A stretch of 64,000 bases of DNA, taken from IMG/VR virus record IMGVR_UViG_3300042559_001801, one strand, 5' to 3'. The notes under the pieces were generated by a model. That model was not told the DNA's origin. It saw only the letters and a list, made by a program, of their open reading frames with translations, and searched no databases. A program made the translations under genes and the position numbers. Within the stretch, counting starts at the first letter, position 1, and the number at the start of each line of letters is the position of its first letter. Positions 26,774 to 37,000 of the stretch are shown piece by piece. This stretch comes from a virus. Lineage: Duplodnaviria; Heunggongvirae; Uroviricota; Caudoviricetes.

Positions 26774-27560
26774 CAATTGCTCCTAGCTGTTGTTTGCCCA
26801 TGGCATGAAAGTCCTGACTTATAGTAACCCATCGTGCTTTGTTGTCAATTGTTTTAAAGTCTATTCTGTATAGATCCGGTGATAACTGTGTCAATCGGTG
26901 TTCTGGTGTAACGCTGACCAGTGAACCCGGGATTGAGTTGACTTTCAATGTGTGTCCGTTTAGAGTATTTAACGCAATGCTCAGTGCATGGTCGTTTCTG
27001 TAGGTGGCTGTGTTATTTTTGTATAGATTTCTATAGTGTGTCCAGTTGTCTCTGACCATTTGCATTGAATCAAACAACAATTCAACCGACTTGCTGCGAT
27101 TGAACATCATCACAGTGGCCCACCACATGGGCATGCGATGACTGCCAAAGTAATTTAGATCATCAAATGTTCTAACACCTGTGGCATCGGCGGCCCATCT
27201 ATGGCATAAAAATTCTTGATGGCTTTGTAGTATAGTAGCAAGTTGATCACTGGCCACAACATAATCGGCGTCCAATACCAATGTTTGATCCCATGGACTA
27301 AGACGATAAGCGTCCATACGGTTGGTGTTGTGCCACGCAACAGGTTCGCCAATGTCAGCAAAGTGTCGTACACCACTGCCTGCTGGATGGTCAACCAACA
27401 CAACACGATCAAAACTGTGGCCAACGAGTGGTTCTTTGTCTGTAACTAAACAAACAGGAATTTTTAAATGGCGGTGTATGTTGGCAGCAGACCAATTGGC
27501 CATGGCAACATAATCAATATGCTTGTTGTTAAACGCAAATATTAGTGCGCCAGTGGTCAT
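26757..27560 (-). CDS. putative GT-A-fold glycosyltransferase (DxD-like LDADY motif)
   Basis: ATG 27560 is ATGA-coupled. The N-terminus is MTTGALIFAFNNKHIDYVAMANWSAANIHRH. The LVLDADYVVASDQL motif resembles the GT8/nucleotide-diphospho-sugar transferase DxD. Confidence 0.45.
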   Translation of the reverse strand: MTTGALIFAFNNKHIDYVAMANWSAANIHRHLKIPVCLVTDKEPLVGHSFDRVVLVDHPAGSGVRHFADIGEPVAWHNTNRMDAYRLSPWDQTLVLDADYVVASDQLATILQSHQEFLCHRWAADATGVRTFDDLNYFGSHRMPMWWATVMMFNRSKSVELLFDSMQMVRDNWTHYRNLYKNNTATYRNDHALSIALNTLNGHTLKVNSIPGSLVSVTPEHRLTQLSPDLYRIDFKTIDNKARWVTISQDFHAMGKQQLGAIVENPC

Positions 27561-27865
27561 CGTTTTTTGTTTAATTCTTCGTATTCGACCAACCATGCTG
27601 TCATTTGTTCTTGCCAGCGACCCAGTGCTAGATACTGTAGTTCTGCGGGATTAATCTGCACTGGTGTTTCGTACAGGTCTAAAATTACCACTGCATCTTG
27701 TACTGGAATTGCTTGCAACAGTGTCAGCAGTTCAGGGCCAGCACACCACATGCCACCATTGTAGGCAAACAACATTTTGGCGGCATATTTTTCTTTGAGC
27801 AGACGGCGGGCGGCCACATGCTCAAAACGAGTGCGACCAGTTTCGATCAATTGTTCAGTATTCAT
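27557..27865 (-). CDS. hypothetical protein (102 aa); first gene of the minus-strand glycan-island operon
   Basis: ATG 27865 sits directly downstream of a TATAAT box. Confidence 0.5.
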   Translation of the reverse strand: MNTEQLIETGRTRFEHVAARRLLKEKYAAKMLFAYNGGMWCAGPELLTLLQAIPVQDAVVILDLYETPVQINPAELQYLALGRWQEQMTAWLVEYEELNKKR

Positions 27866-27872
27866 GTAGATT

Positions 27873-27901
27873 ATTATACAGCATACACAGACAAAAGTAA
27901 A
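27873..27901 (-). promoter_or_regulatory. sigma70-like promoter (TTTACT-17-TATAAT) for the 27865 operon
   Basis: On the minus strand TATAAT (27878-27873) lies 7 nt upstream of ATG 27865. A -35-like TTTACT (27901-27896) sits at a 17-nt spacer. Confidence 0.4.
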
Positions 27902-27920
27902 GGGCCCTAAGGCCCTTTTT
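27891..27920. terminator. bidirectional rho-independent terminator hairpin
   Basis: AAAGGGCC-CTAA-GGCCCTTTTT is a GC-rich 8-bp stem. It is flanked by a T-tract on the plus strand and TTACTTTTGT on the minus strand. It lies 20 nt downstream of the minus-strand fibre gene (27941-28933). Confidence 0.7.
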
Positions 27921-27940
27921 GGTAAACCGTTACAGTTTAA

Positions 27941-28933
27941 TTAAGCAACTGTGGCAGCAATACTTGGTGTGCCCCATGCTGCACTGGTCAGGTAAGTGGC
28001 ACTTGGTAAAAACAGTGTAACTATTGTGGCAGGTGCAGTACCAAATGTACTGAATGGTGAACCAGTAGCAGTACCACCAGAGATGATGTTGGTACCACCC
28101 GGTGCTGCATCGCCACCTGGATCATTCCACAATGTGGTCAATACCAGTTGTGTGCCGCTGCCTGCTGTTTTGGCGTTGATAGAAATGCTCTGACCAGTGT
28201 ACGGTACTGTATCGCCAAATTGACGATAAATCAGTTGATCGGAGGTTGAGAAATCATACCATCCCACTGTGGTTGCCAATGTGCCGGGTGTTCCAGTTCC
28301 ACCAATTTTAGTTGTACCAGTATATGCTGTGCCTGCAATGGTCTGTGTGGCTATACCGCCGGTGATATAAATGTCGCCAACTAGTGTGGTGGCCAAGTCA
28401 TTCCACTCAGGATCGCCATCGTTGCCAGTTGAAGATTTGTTGCATTCCCATTTGATGCGGCCGCCAGCATTGAAAAAATATCGTGCAGCATCAGCACTGG
28501 CCCAGGTTATGGTGTGAGTGAATGTGATTGACCACGCAGAATCACCACTGCCGGTGCTGGTTGTTTTGCTTGATGTACCACTGAATGCAACAGTCTGCGC
28601 ACCACTGGCCACTGCATTACCACGGTTGGTAGTAATATTAGTAATATCTGTGTCTAAATTTGCTAAAATTGCAATGGTGCTACCCACAGTGGGATTTGAT
28701 CTGCTGGTGATAGTTGTGCCAGTTTGGCTGGCCATTGAGCTAATTCTATTGTTCAATGTGGCCCATTGTGTGGCTGTGATAGTTGCATTAGTGGAGACGG
28801 TGCTCACTGCTGTTTCACCATAGCCAAATGATGCGGCACCTGTTGACCAGATTCCATTTATATTGGCAGCGTTAGTGCTGATAAAACCGTTGTAGTCTGC
28901 TGCTACTATGGTATTTCCTGCTGAATAAGTCAT
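27941..28933 (-). CDS. tail fibre/structural protein (Gly/Thr/Ser/Ala-rich beta-type sequence)
   Basis: The 330-aa product is low-complexity and rich in T, S, G and N. It sits in the fibre module and has an AAGGGAAAC RBS. Confidence 0.5.
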   Translation of the reverse strand: MTYSAGNTIVAADYNGFISTNAANINGIWSTGAASFGYGETAVSTVSTNATITATQWATLNNRISSMASQTGTTITSRSNPTVGSTIAILANLDTDITNITTNRGNAVASGAQTVAFSGTSSKTTSTGSGDSAWSITFTHTITWASADAARYFFNAGGRIKWECNKSSTGNDGDPEWNDLATTLVGDIYITGGIATQTIAGTAYTGTTKIGGTGTPGTLATTVGWYDFSTSDQLIYRQFGDTVPYTGQSISINAKTAGSGTQLVLTTLWNDPGGDAAPGGTNIISGGTATGSPFSTFGTAPATIVTLFLPSATYLTSAAWGTPSIAATVA

Positions 28934-29008
28934 TTTTGTTTCCCTTTGTATTAGTTGATCAATTTCAACGCAATCTTCGATTGCTGGGTGATATTAACCT
29001 GTGTTATT

Positions 29009-30289
29009 TTAATTAATCTTAACAATTGCTTCCACAATGCCAAGATCTGTAGTTAATTTATCATTCAAAGAACGACCGATAACATTAAATGCTGTGGCTT
29101 CGCCTGCTTGTGCTGCTCTTGCAACGCCGTTGCCGGCTGAAACCAATCTGTCGCCTTTGCGCACCAACCCAACAGTGTTGACTGGGACACGGCCTGTCAT
29201 GGCGACAGCAGGGTGAGTTGTGTCAGATCCAGCAAGACTATTCATCAAATAAGCTGCTCGAGTACTTATGACACCAAATACTTTTTCACTTAGTTCGTCG
29301 GCAACTCGGGTAATTTCGTTTTGGCCACCAAGTTCAACCACAGTTCCTGCTTCCAGCACATCATCTGCCGCAAAGCGCTCTGCAACGTCAGCATATTGAG
29401 CACTGATGTTTGTACCACTGATGCCGCCGGTGGCGCCATTGATTGTCATAACTGTAGTTGGAGTACCGCCAATATTGACGTTGAATGCAATGTTACCATT
29501 GCTGGTTTGATTGTAAATTGTTGCTGCTGTGCCAACTACGCCAACACGGAAATCTTGGTTGGCACCAACTGATAATCCAGTGTTGTTTAACACACCAAAA
29601 GTACCAGTTGTGGTCTGGTTTACATTCTTCAATATGAAATCGGTTGAGTCATATCCATCAAGTGTTTGAGCAACTGATGCAGTTCCTTGGAACAACGGAA
29701 CTTGTGTTCCTACCAATGTGCTCAATGTAATACCGGGGCGCACTGTGGTAAATCCAGTAATAGCTGACTGCGGAGTAAACGCAGCGTCTTTACTGACAAT
29801 ACCAACCACATCATCTTCAACATACAATTTAATTACAACGTGACTTACAGATACATTGTCTGTAATGGTGTCGGCAATGGCACCTGTTGTGCCTTGCCCT
29901 GATGTAAACGCTGGACCGACCAATAAAAATGCAGCGCCTGTCCAAACTTTGAGCTGAGCGTTGACTGTGTCGTACCATAGATCACCTATTACATTATTGG
30001 TGGGTGCAGTGGATTGAGCTGTAGCAGAAGAAATTGTCTTAAAGGTTGATCCGTTATAGACTTTCATCAAACTGTTAGCACTGTCCCACCAAAGCTGTCC
30101 AGTTAATGGTGCGCCGGGCGCAGTGGTATTGGATCCATTTTCCAACAGGTGGATAAAGTTTTCATCTAAAAATTCGCCGTAACCCGCGTAATTTTTACCA
30201 ACCAGCACCATTGAACTGGCTGTGTTGATGGTACCATCTGCAATAGTAGCAAATATTGTACCGTTTGTTAAATTAATTGTATATGACAT
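29009..30289 (-). CDS. tail fibre protein
   Basis: The N-terminus MSYTINLTNGTIFATIADGTIN and LWWDSANSLMKVYNGSTF / DLWYDTVNAQLKVW motifs are typical of T4-like short and long tail fibre repeats. Confidence 0.6.
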   Translation of the reverse strand: MSYTINLTNGTIFATIADGTINTASSMVLVGKNYAGYGEFLDENFIHLLENGSNTTAPGAPLTGQLWWDSANSLMKVYNGSTFKTISSATAQSTAPTNNVIGDLWYDTVNAQLKVWTGAAFLLVGPAFTSGQGTTGAIADTITDNVSVSHVVIKLYVEDDVVGIVSKDAAFTPQSAITGFTTVRPGITLSTLVGTQVPLFQGTASVAQTLDGYDSTDFILKNVNQTTTGTFGVLNNTGLSVGANQDFRVGVVGTAATIYNQTSNGNIAFNVNIGGTPTTVMTINGATGGISGTNISAQYADVAERFAADDVLEAGTVVELGGQNEITRVADELSEKVFGVISTRAAYLMNSLAGSDTTHPAVAMTGRVPVNTVGLVRKGDRLVSAGNGVARAAQAGEATAFNVIGRSLNDKLTTDLGIVEAIVKIN

Positions 30290-30311
30290 TTGTAGCTTGC
30301 TCCGTTAAATG

Positions 30312-30318
30312 TATTTAT
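30312..30318 (-). promoter_or_regulatory. T4-late-promoter-like ATAAATA box
   Basis: Minus-strand cATAAATAc lies 23 nt upstream of ATG 30289. Confidence 0.35.
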
Positions 30319-30935
30319 GCTGCACTAAGATTGGTTAGCGTCTGAATACGAATTGTATAATCAATCTGTATCTGTCTGTTCAAACTCTTTTGTACTGGGT
30401 GAAATATCACATGGGTAATCAAGCGCAGATCGGTAGCGCTGCCGTTCCATGTTTTAAGCCCTAGTTCGTCAAACACATATTCCCCATTGAAATTTGTGCT
30501 GTTATCAAACGCTTGCTGGCCCGGAGGCTCGCCGTAATCCAACAAACATGTCACTAAAATATCTGTATAAACTTTACCAGATGTATGCAACACTGTCATT
30601 TTGTTGTTGGCAGTGTCTGTATCAGCAGCAGAATTATCATCTACTACTTTGGCATAAGTTTCGTTGTATAGATTGGCATTTTGTCCAACTGTGTTTGGGG
30701 GCAAATAGGTAATGATACCTGTGGGATCCACACTGGAGCCGCCGTTGCCAAACGCCATCGAATATATCCAGCCGCCACCTTGCGCAGATGTTCTGTGGCT
30801 TAGAGTTTGGGCCATTGCATAGGATATATTTTCATAGTGAATTGCGTTCTTTTTATCCACCAACACTTCGCCAGTGACTGGATCATGAATCTTAATAAAT
30901 CCTTCGATTTTAGCTAATCCTGGCTGAATTATCAT
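30315..30935 (-). CDS. structural protein (206 aa) at the gp8 position of the T4-like order
   Basis: Track ORF, ATGA-coupled to the upstream small ORF. Confidence 0.5.
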   Translation of the reverse strand: MIIQPGLAKIEGFIKIHDPVTGEVLVDKKNAIHYENISYAMAQTLSHRTSAQGGGWIYSMAFGNGGSSVDPTGIITYLPPNTVGQNANLYNETYAKVVDDNSAADTDTANNKMTVLHTSGKVYTDILVTCLLDYGEPPGQQAFDNSTNFNGEYVFDELGLKTWNGSATDLRLITHVIFHPVQKSLNRQIQIDYTIRIQTLTNLSAA

Positions 30936-31069
30936 GCTCGCTTCTCCACTATAACTTCCTTAGTCTTTGGATCAAAAATACGAATATGACCTTCAACAGA
31001 AATGGTCCCTGTTTCTTGAGGTTTTTTGGCCGGTGCCGCAGGCTGTTGAGGTATTGCATTTTGAGTCAT
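30932..31069 (-). CDS. small ORF (45 aa) that duplicates the N-terminal motif of the downstream gene
   Basis: The product is MTQNAIPQQPAAPAKKPQETGTISVEGHIRIFDPKTKEVIVEKRA. ISVEGHIRIFDPKTKEVIVEK parallels AKIEGFIKIHDPVTGEVLVDK of 30315-30935. Confidence 0.35.
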   Translation of the reverse strand: MTQNAIPQQPAAPAKKPQETGTISVEGHIRIFDPKTKEVIVEKRA

Positions 31070-31085
31070 ACTTTATTTACCTTGA

Positions 31086-34000
31086 TTATTCGCCCCGTAA
31101 AAACCTTGCAGCCACAGTATTGGTATCTTGCAGTGCTACGCCGTTGCTTGGGGTTCCTGCACCAGGTGCATACCATGTTACTCCGCGCCGTACCAATATT
31201 GTAACTTCTGAACCGGCTGCTGGTGCTGTATCAAACAACACAGTGACAGGGTTTTCATTGGTAACTGTATATCCGCCCAATTGCAATGTTCCGCCTATAT
31301 AAACTTCAATTGCTTCGTTATATACAGTACTGTCTTCGCTGGACACATCTATCAGTGCAGCCACAAATGATGTGGTAACTCCGTCACCAATGTTTACTCC
31401 TGATATCAGTGGGTTAGTTATATTAGAAACAATATAATTCTGATATTCTGGTTGTAACAAATTGCCGCGGCCAATGTTATAAACATCTGCGTTGACTGCA
31501 TGACTAGCAGCGCCAGTTCCGGCTGTTCCGCGACGCAATCCACTGACGGTATTGGTAACCAGATTGCGATTGCGGTACATGATTCGTTCACCGTTGACAG
31601 TCAACAGACCCCAGATATTATTGGCTAAATTTGGTTCATCTAGTGCGGCTGCATTGTAAACATAAATTGTGTCGGCATCAGCACTCAACGCTTGTGTCAA
31701 ATATGTTGTAGTTGCTGTGGTAATGCGGTAGGTAGCTTGCACACCGCGCATGTCTTGGAATATACGGAATGCCATTGCCAATGGAGCAATGCTGTTGGTA
31801 AACTGCGTGATCATCACTACATCAGTTGGTGACAATATATATCCGCCGGCCAACACAATTTCATCATTTACAAGTGTATAGCTAACATTGTTGAACAGCA
31901 AAACGCCATTTAGAGTAACAAATAAACGATCAGGGTCTGTGTTCAAATGATCCAAGAACAAGTTGTTCAATGACACTTGCTGCGGCGGACTGTAATCAAA
32001 CGACCCTGGCGCACCAACTACTGTTCCAACGTCAAAATCTGTACTGTCAAACGGTTCAGTGCCATCTGGAGTAACTCTTGCGCCAGGACCAACATATACC
32101 TGTGTCAGTATATCCTGTTGGCGAGTATCATTCCAGCTTGTTACAGCAATAATTTGGCCATCTGTAGGAACAAAGCCGCCGTATTGATTAAACAATATTT
32201 GATCGCCTGTGACCACAGCCTGTGCATCAGTGGTCACACAAATTAAAATTTTCTCTCCGTCGGTTGGAGTGACGTCAAAAATCACTGCTCTTGGAGTATC
32301 AGGATCATATGGCTCGACAATAAAATCTATATTGAGAATTTGAGGAATATCGTCAACATAAACACGAACTTCGTTGTCAGCAATTATGCTCTGGTCAAAG
32401 CCTAGACGTTGAGGCAACAGATATTCACTAGTGCCATCAGCATAGTATTGTGCGCCGGCTGCTGTTCTCACTCTGCGTCCGTCAATGGTGACATACACAT
32501 TGTCTGGATTGGTGTACTCCATGCTGTTGGTCAGCGTGTACAGATATTGGTTAGATATGCCTGCAATGTATTGAGTAACCGGAACAGACCAACTGTAATT
32601 TATTTCAGTGTCGTCAATGGTAGTTGGACCAATGGCCGCAATCATCAAGTAGTCAGCGGATGTATACAAGTTGGAAAACAGTAATTTAGTACTTGTTCCT
32701 GCTTGTATATAGGTGTAGTTGGTAATCAGACTGCCATTGACAAATATAACAAACTCGTCAATCAATGAATACTGAACTGGAACAACCAATGAGCTTCCGA
32801 TTGGTTCTGGTGTAACTTCGTCTCCATTGTAAGGACGTTTGAGTAGTTGATTGCCACCACCTATTTCAAACAATGAAATTACTATGACATCGTCTACATC
32901 AACACCATTGATCACAGTGACAGTCTGGGCAACCCAATCAACTGTGTAATCTGTTACAGGATGCATCAACAATCCGGTAGTTTGATTTTCCACAAGCAAT
33001 GTAGCAGGAACTGGATCTACACTAGCAAAATCAAATGTCTCTGGCACTGCTGTCACAGTGTATTTTTTAACTTCAATACGGAAGCCGTGGCCGTCACGGG
33101 CCCAATCAGCACCGGGAGTTGTGTACACTCTTAGATCCAGTGTGTCAAACTCGCTGCCTGGAACCAATTCTTCTGGAGCATGACTTGAATATGTGTCAAT
33201 ATAGGCACCGCCGTCGGCGTTGATACTGGTGGCCAATGTTCCCAAATAAGGATCGTTATATGGACTTTGGTAGATGGCATCCAATATGGTCTGATCGTAT
33301 GTGGGACGACCTTCTGGGCCGTATGTCAAGTTATCAAATGGCGTTGTATCAAATGGTGCTATATCAAATCCCGGATATTGATCATATCCTACCCCAAACA
33401 TTTGCACTCCGGGATATTCAACACCGTCGATCAACAATGGCAAACTCAACCCAGGCTCGTTCACTGTGGGAGTATAAAAACCCATTGTACGGTCAACGCC
33501 GCTCAACAGTCCAGGATTGACAATGACCCAATCTGCAGGGTCAAATGTATTGCTCTGAATGCCTGTGCTGTCGTCGGCTGCGGCTTCCCAGACACGGTTC
33601 AAATAACGAACCTGTGTGCCATTGTCGTAGTTTACGCCGGCCTGCCATTCAACAATGGTAGATGAGTATTCATATCTGTCGTATTTGATTCTGGTGGTAA
33701 TTTGACGAATCAAATCATTGCCCATTGTCACTGCTGCTGCGGCACCAGTTCCGTTGCCGCCAACAAAAGTTATAATAGCAGTGGTTGTGTAACCACTGCC
33801 ATAGTTGTCAATGGTTATGCCGGACACTTGTCCTGCACCATTGATAATGGCAGTCATTTCAGCTTGTTCAACACAATCGCCGGTCACTGTGATCGACGGT
33901 GCCACTGTATACCCAACTCCGCCATTGGTAATCACAACTGCCTGTATGCTCAGTGTGTAATTTGCGTACCATTCGTCCCACGGGGTTTTAGCCCACAGTG

Positions 34001-37000
34001 TAGAATCAGCCGCTGTATCAGCATTGAAGTTGGTATTGCTGTTGGCAGTTGACTGAGTATACGGCAACAATACTGGACTGATAAATTGCGGTACAGTCAG
34101 AGTTGCATCCCAAAATGCCGGCAAGTCAAAGTCGGTCATCAGTCCAGGATAAGCATCGTTGCCATTGTAAGACAGGTTAAACTCTCGAATTTGTGTATGA
34201 TAAGGTTTAACTTCTTGTATGTAATTCAACACAAAGTCTTGATTGTCTCGATTGTAAAATTGATACGGTAATAAATTACGAATCTTATGATCAACATCAA
34301 TTAGACTGGTTTTTATCAACCAGTCTGGTGAAGCAAATTCGCTCATCACATATTCAAATGTCAATATCAATGCACGATTGCGCTCAATCAACAACTCGTC
34401 AATGAATAGTTGTTCATTGATTGCTTGGATAATTTTACGAGTTTCGATAACAGGTTCTTGATCAAAATACTGACTATCAAAAACTTCTACATCAAACCCA
34501 AAGTTGCCAGCAGCATAGTCCCACAATGATCGACTGAATTCAATTGTGCCATCTTCTAACCCCACACGATCCCATCCAAGATCAGTGCGTTGGTAAATTT
34601 CAAATTTTCCAGTGGTAGCAGCATTGGTCACTTCAACACTGGCACCAACTGGTGCAATTTTCAATGTCACCCCGGACAATCCAGAATAGTTCAACACCGA
34701 AGTTACTGGATTTACTGTTTTATTATAGCCTGGCAGATACCAATCAATATAAGACCAATATCTTCGTGTGTCATAGTTTTGAACACGAATCAATGTCAGC
34801 TCTCTGGATCCTGGTGCAGAGCCAGACACAACTTCGTATATGGTCCAAAAACCACTGTTGTTGGTGTCAGTGGCCACTAGATATCGGTATCCAAGGGGTA
34901 CAATAATTAGATTTTGATAACCTAATTCTGAAAGGTTGGCAACTCTTTTGTTCCATGCACCAGAATTGGCTGCTGGTTCCGGCTCTCTGCTGTTGAGCAA
35001 GGTAAAACTTTTTGTTTCAGTGATAGGATACTGTGCCAACACTGTGTTGGCGCGGCCTAGGTAGTTTTGCAGTGCCCCAAAACGGTCGGCAAACATGCTC
35101 TGTCGAGGGCGGAATTCCACACCGTACCGCATGGCCGGACTTAGTCCAGGATCTGGCACACTGGCGCCGGTAATGTTGATACCAGAGAAACTGTCTTGCA
35201 GTTTCAAATACAAGTTACCACTTAAGAAACTGTCAGCACGATCCGCTGCAATTAATTCATATTCCTGGTGAACATTGTCATCATTGGCCAAGCGATCATA
35301 TTCAACATGCAGGATTGTGTCTTGAGCACTTATTAGGTCAAGCACATTGTAAATTGCCACTGTGCTTGCATTTAACGGAGCAAGATATGCAATGCCGCTG
35401 GCACGAGGAAACTGGATATAGTTGGCAATGGCAGTTGTGCTGAGTTTTTTTCCTGCCACAGTGTTGACTGTGGAAATATTTCTCACCCAGAAATAATAAC
35501 GAGTAGCAAAAACATTTTCAGAATTTAATTCTGCACGAGTAGTATAGCTCAGGAAACTCAATGGAGTTCCGGGGCCTGTGTAATTGGCTGGTTGCACTTC
35601 GCTTTCGACCCACTGATAGATATCAATACGGCTGCCTGGGAATGTTTGTCCCCAGCGGCGGCTTGCATAAACAATGTCGTCTTGATTGGGGTCTATGAAA
35701 CGGACCGAGTTGGTATCCCACCAAATTTGGCCAACTCTTGCGCCAGCCCAGGGATTGCCAACATTGCGAATTGGCCCATTGTTGTAGTTTGCTGGATCCA
35801 CCGCTCCAACATAATCAATATTTTCTTGGGCAATACCCAAGATCTTACCTTGCAATGGATCAAAGAAATCCAAGTAACTGGTCACTTGGGACTCTAACTT
35901 GTCGTACATGTAAACAGAATTTAGTAGAGCAACATCCACCACTGGTGTTTGTAGATGTTTCACTGTCCAGGCTGGCGTTCTGTCAGGGTTATCAAACACA
36001 ACAACTTGACCAAAGTTGGCAAACTGGCTGTCTTCTAAGTCATTGCCGGGTGCGCCCACCAACAGCTTGCCTGTGATGTAGCTGAGCCCAGTTCCGTATC
36101 CGTCAAGTTCTTTGGTTGCATCATTGTATAATTGTTGACCAAACACAAACTTACCGGGATTGTTGACTGAGTCTGTGGAACTTGGCAAATAATCAAAAGT
36201 ATATGCCACGCCACTCTGTACAATTGTGGTTGAAAATACAGTACTGCGATCATCAAAATAAGTTGTGTTGTTGTCAAACGTCACTGGTTTATACATGTTG
36301 CCGTTTGGAGCACCCACCACCAATGTCAACGCAGTTGAGTCAATGAACAGGCTGGATCCAAAACGAGCAAACTGACTTGGATTTGGACTGGTAATTGTTT
36401 GTGTGTAAGGATAATTTACAAAACCAATGTCTGTAAACGCTGATCCAGTTAAGCCCGGCAGCACATTTAGTTTTGCGTTGGATGTTGCTGCGGCCGCATT
36501 TATGACACTTAGAGTCAGTACACCCGTCACCACACGAATTACAGTTTTATCAGCTGGTGCAGTAATAAAGGCAATAGTACCTTTGGTATTGTTATAGGTG
36601 TAATCAACATTTAATGTTTGTAATGTTGTGCCCAGGTACACTACTGTGTTATAGCTGTCAAATTGAGAATATGTTACACCAATGTCAAATGTTTTTACAA
36701 TGCCATCAGCAACAAAATACAAATCATCACTTACTGTGGCTGTGGCATTTGGTATGCCAATGCCGTTGTTGGCGCTGTTGATGGCCGCAGCAAGGCCTGC
36801 CACGGTGTTGTTGGGAGCGGCAGGCACAGCAACTTGATAGTCATTGACACGCACGGTGTTGCCTGCTGTCAGCACAGGATTTGCAACTGGTGAAGAGATT
36901 ATACCGTACACACGAGCTTGGTTCACATTGCGCTGCACAGCGCCAGAGTCATTGTTGGTATTCTGTGGCGCTCCTATGTAGATGCTACAGTTGTTTGGAC

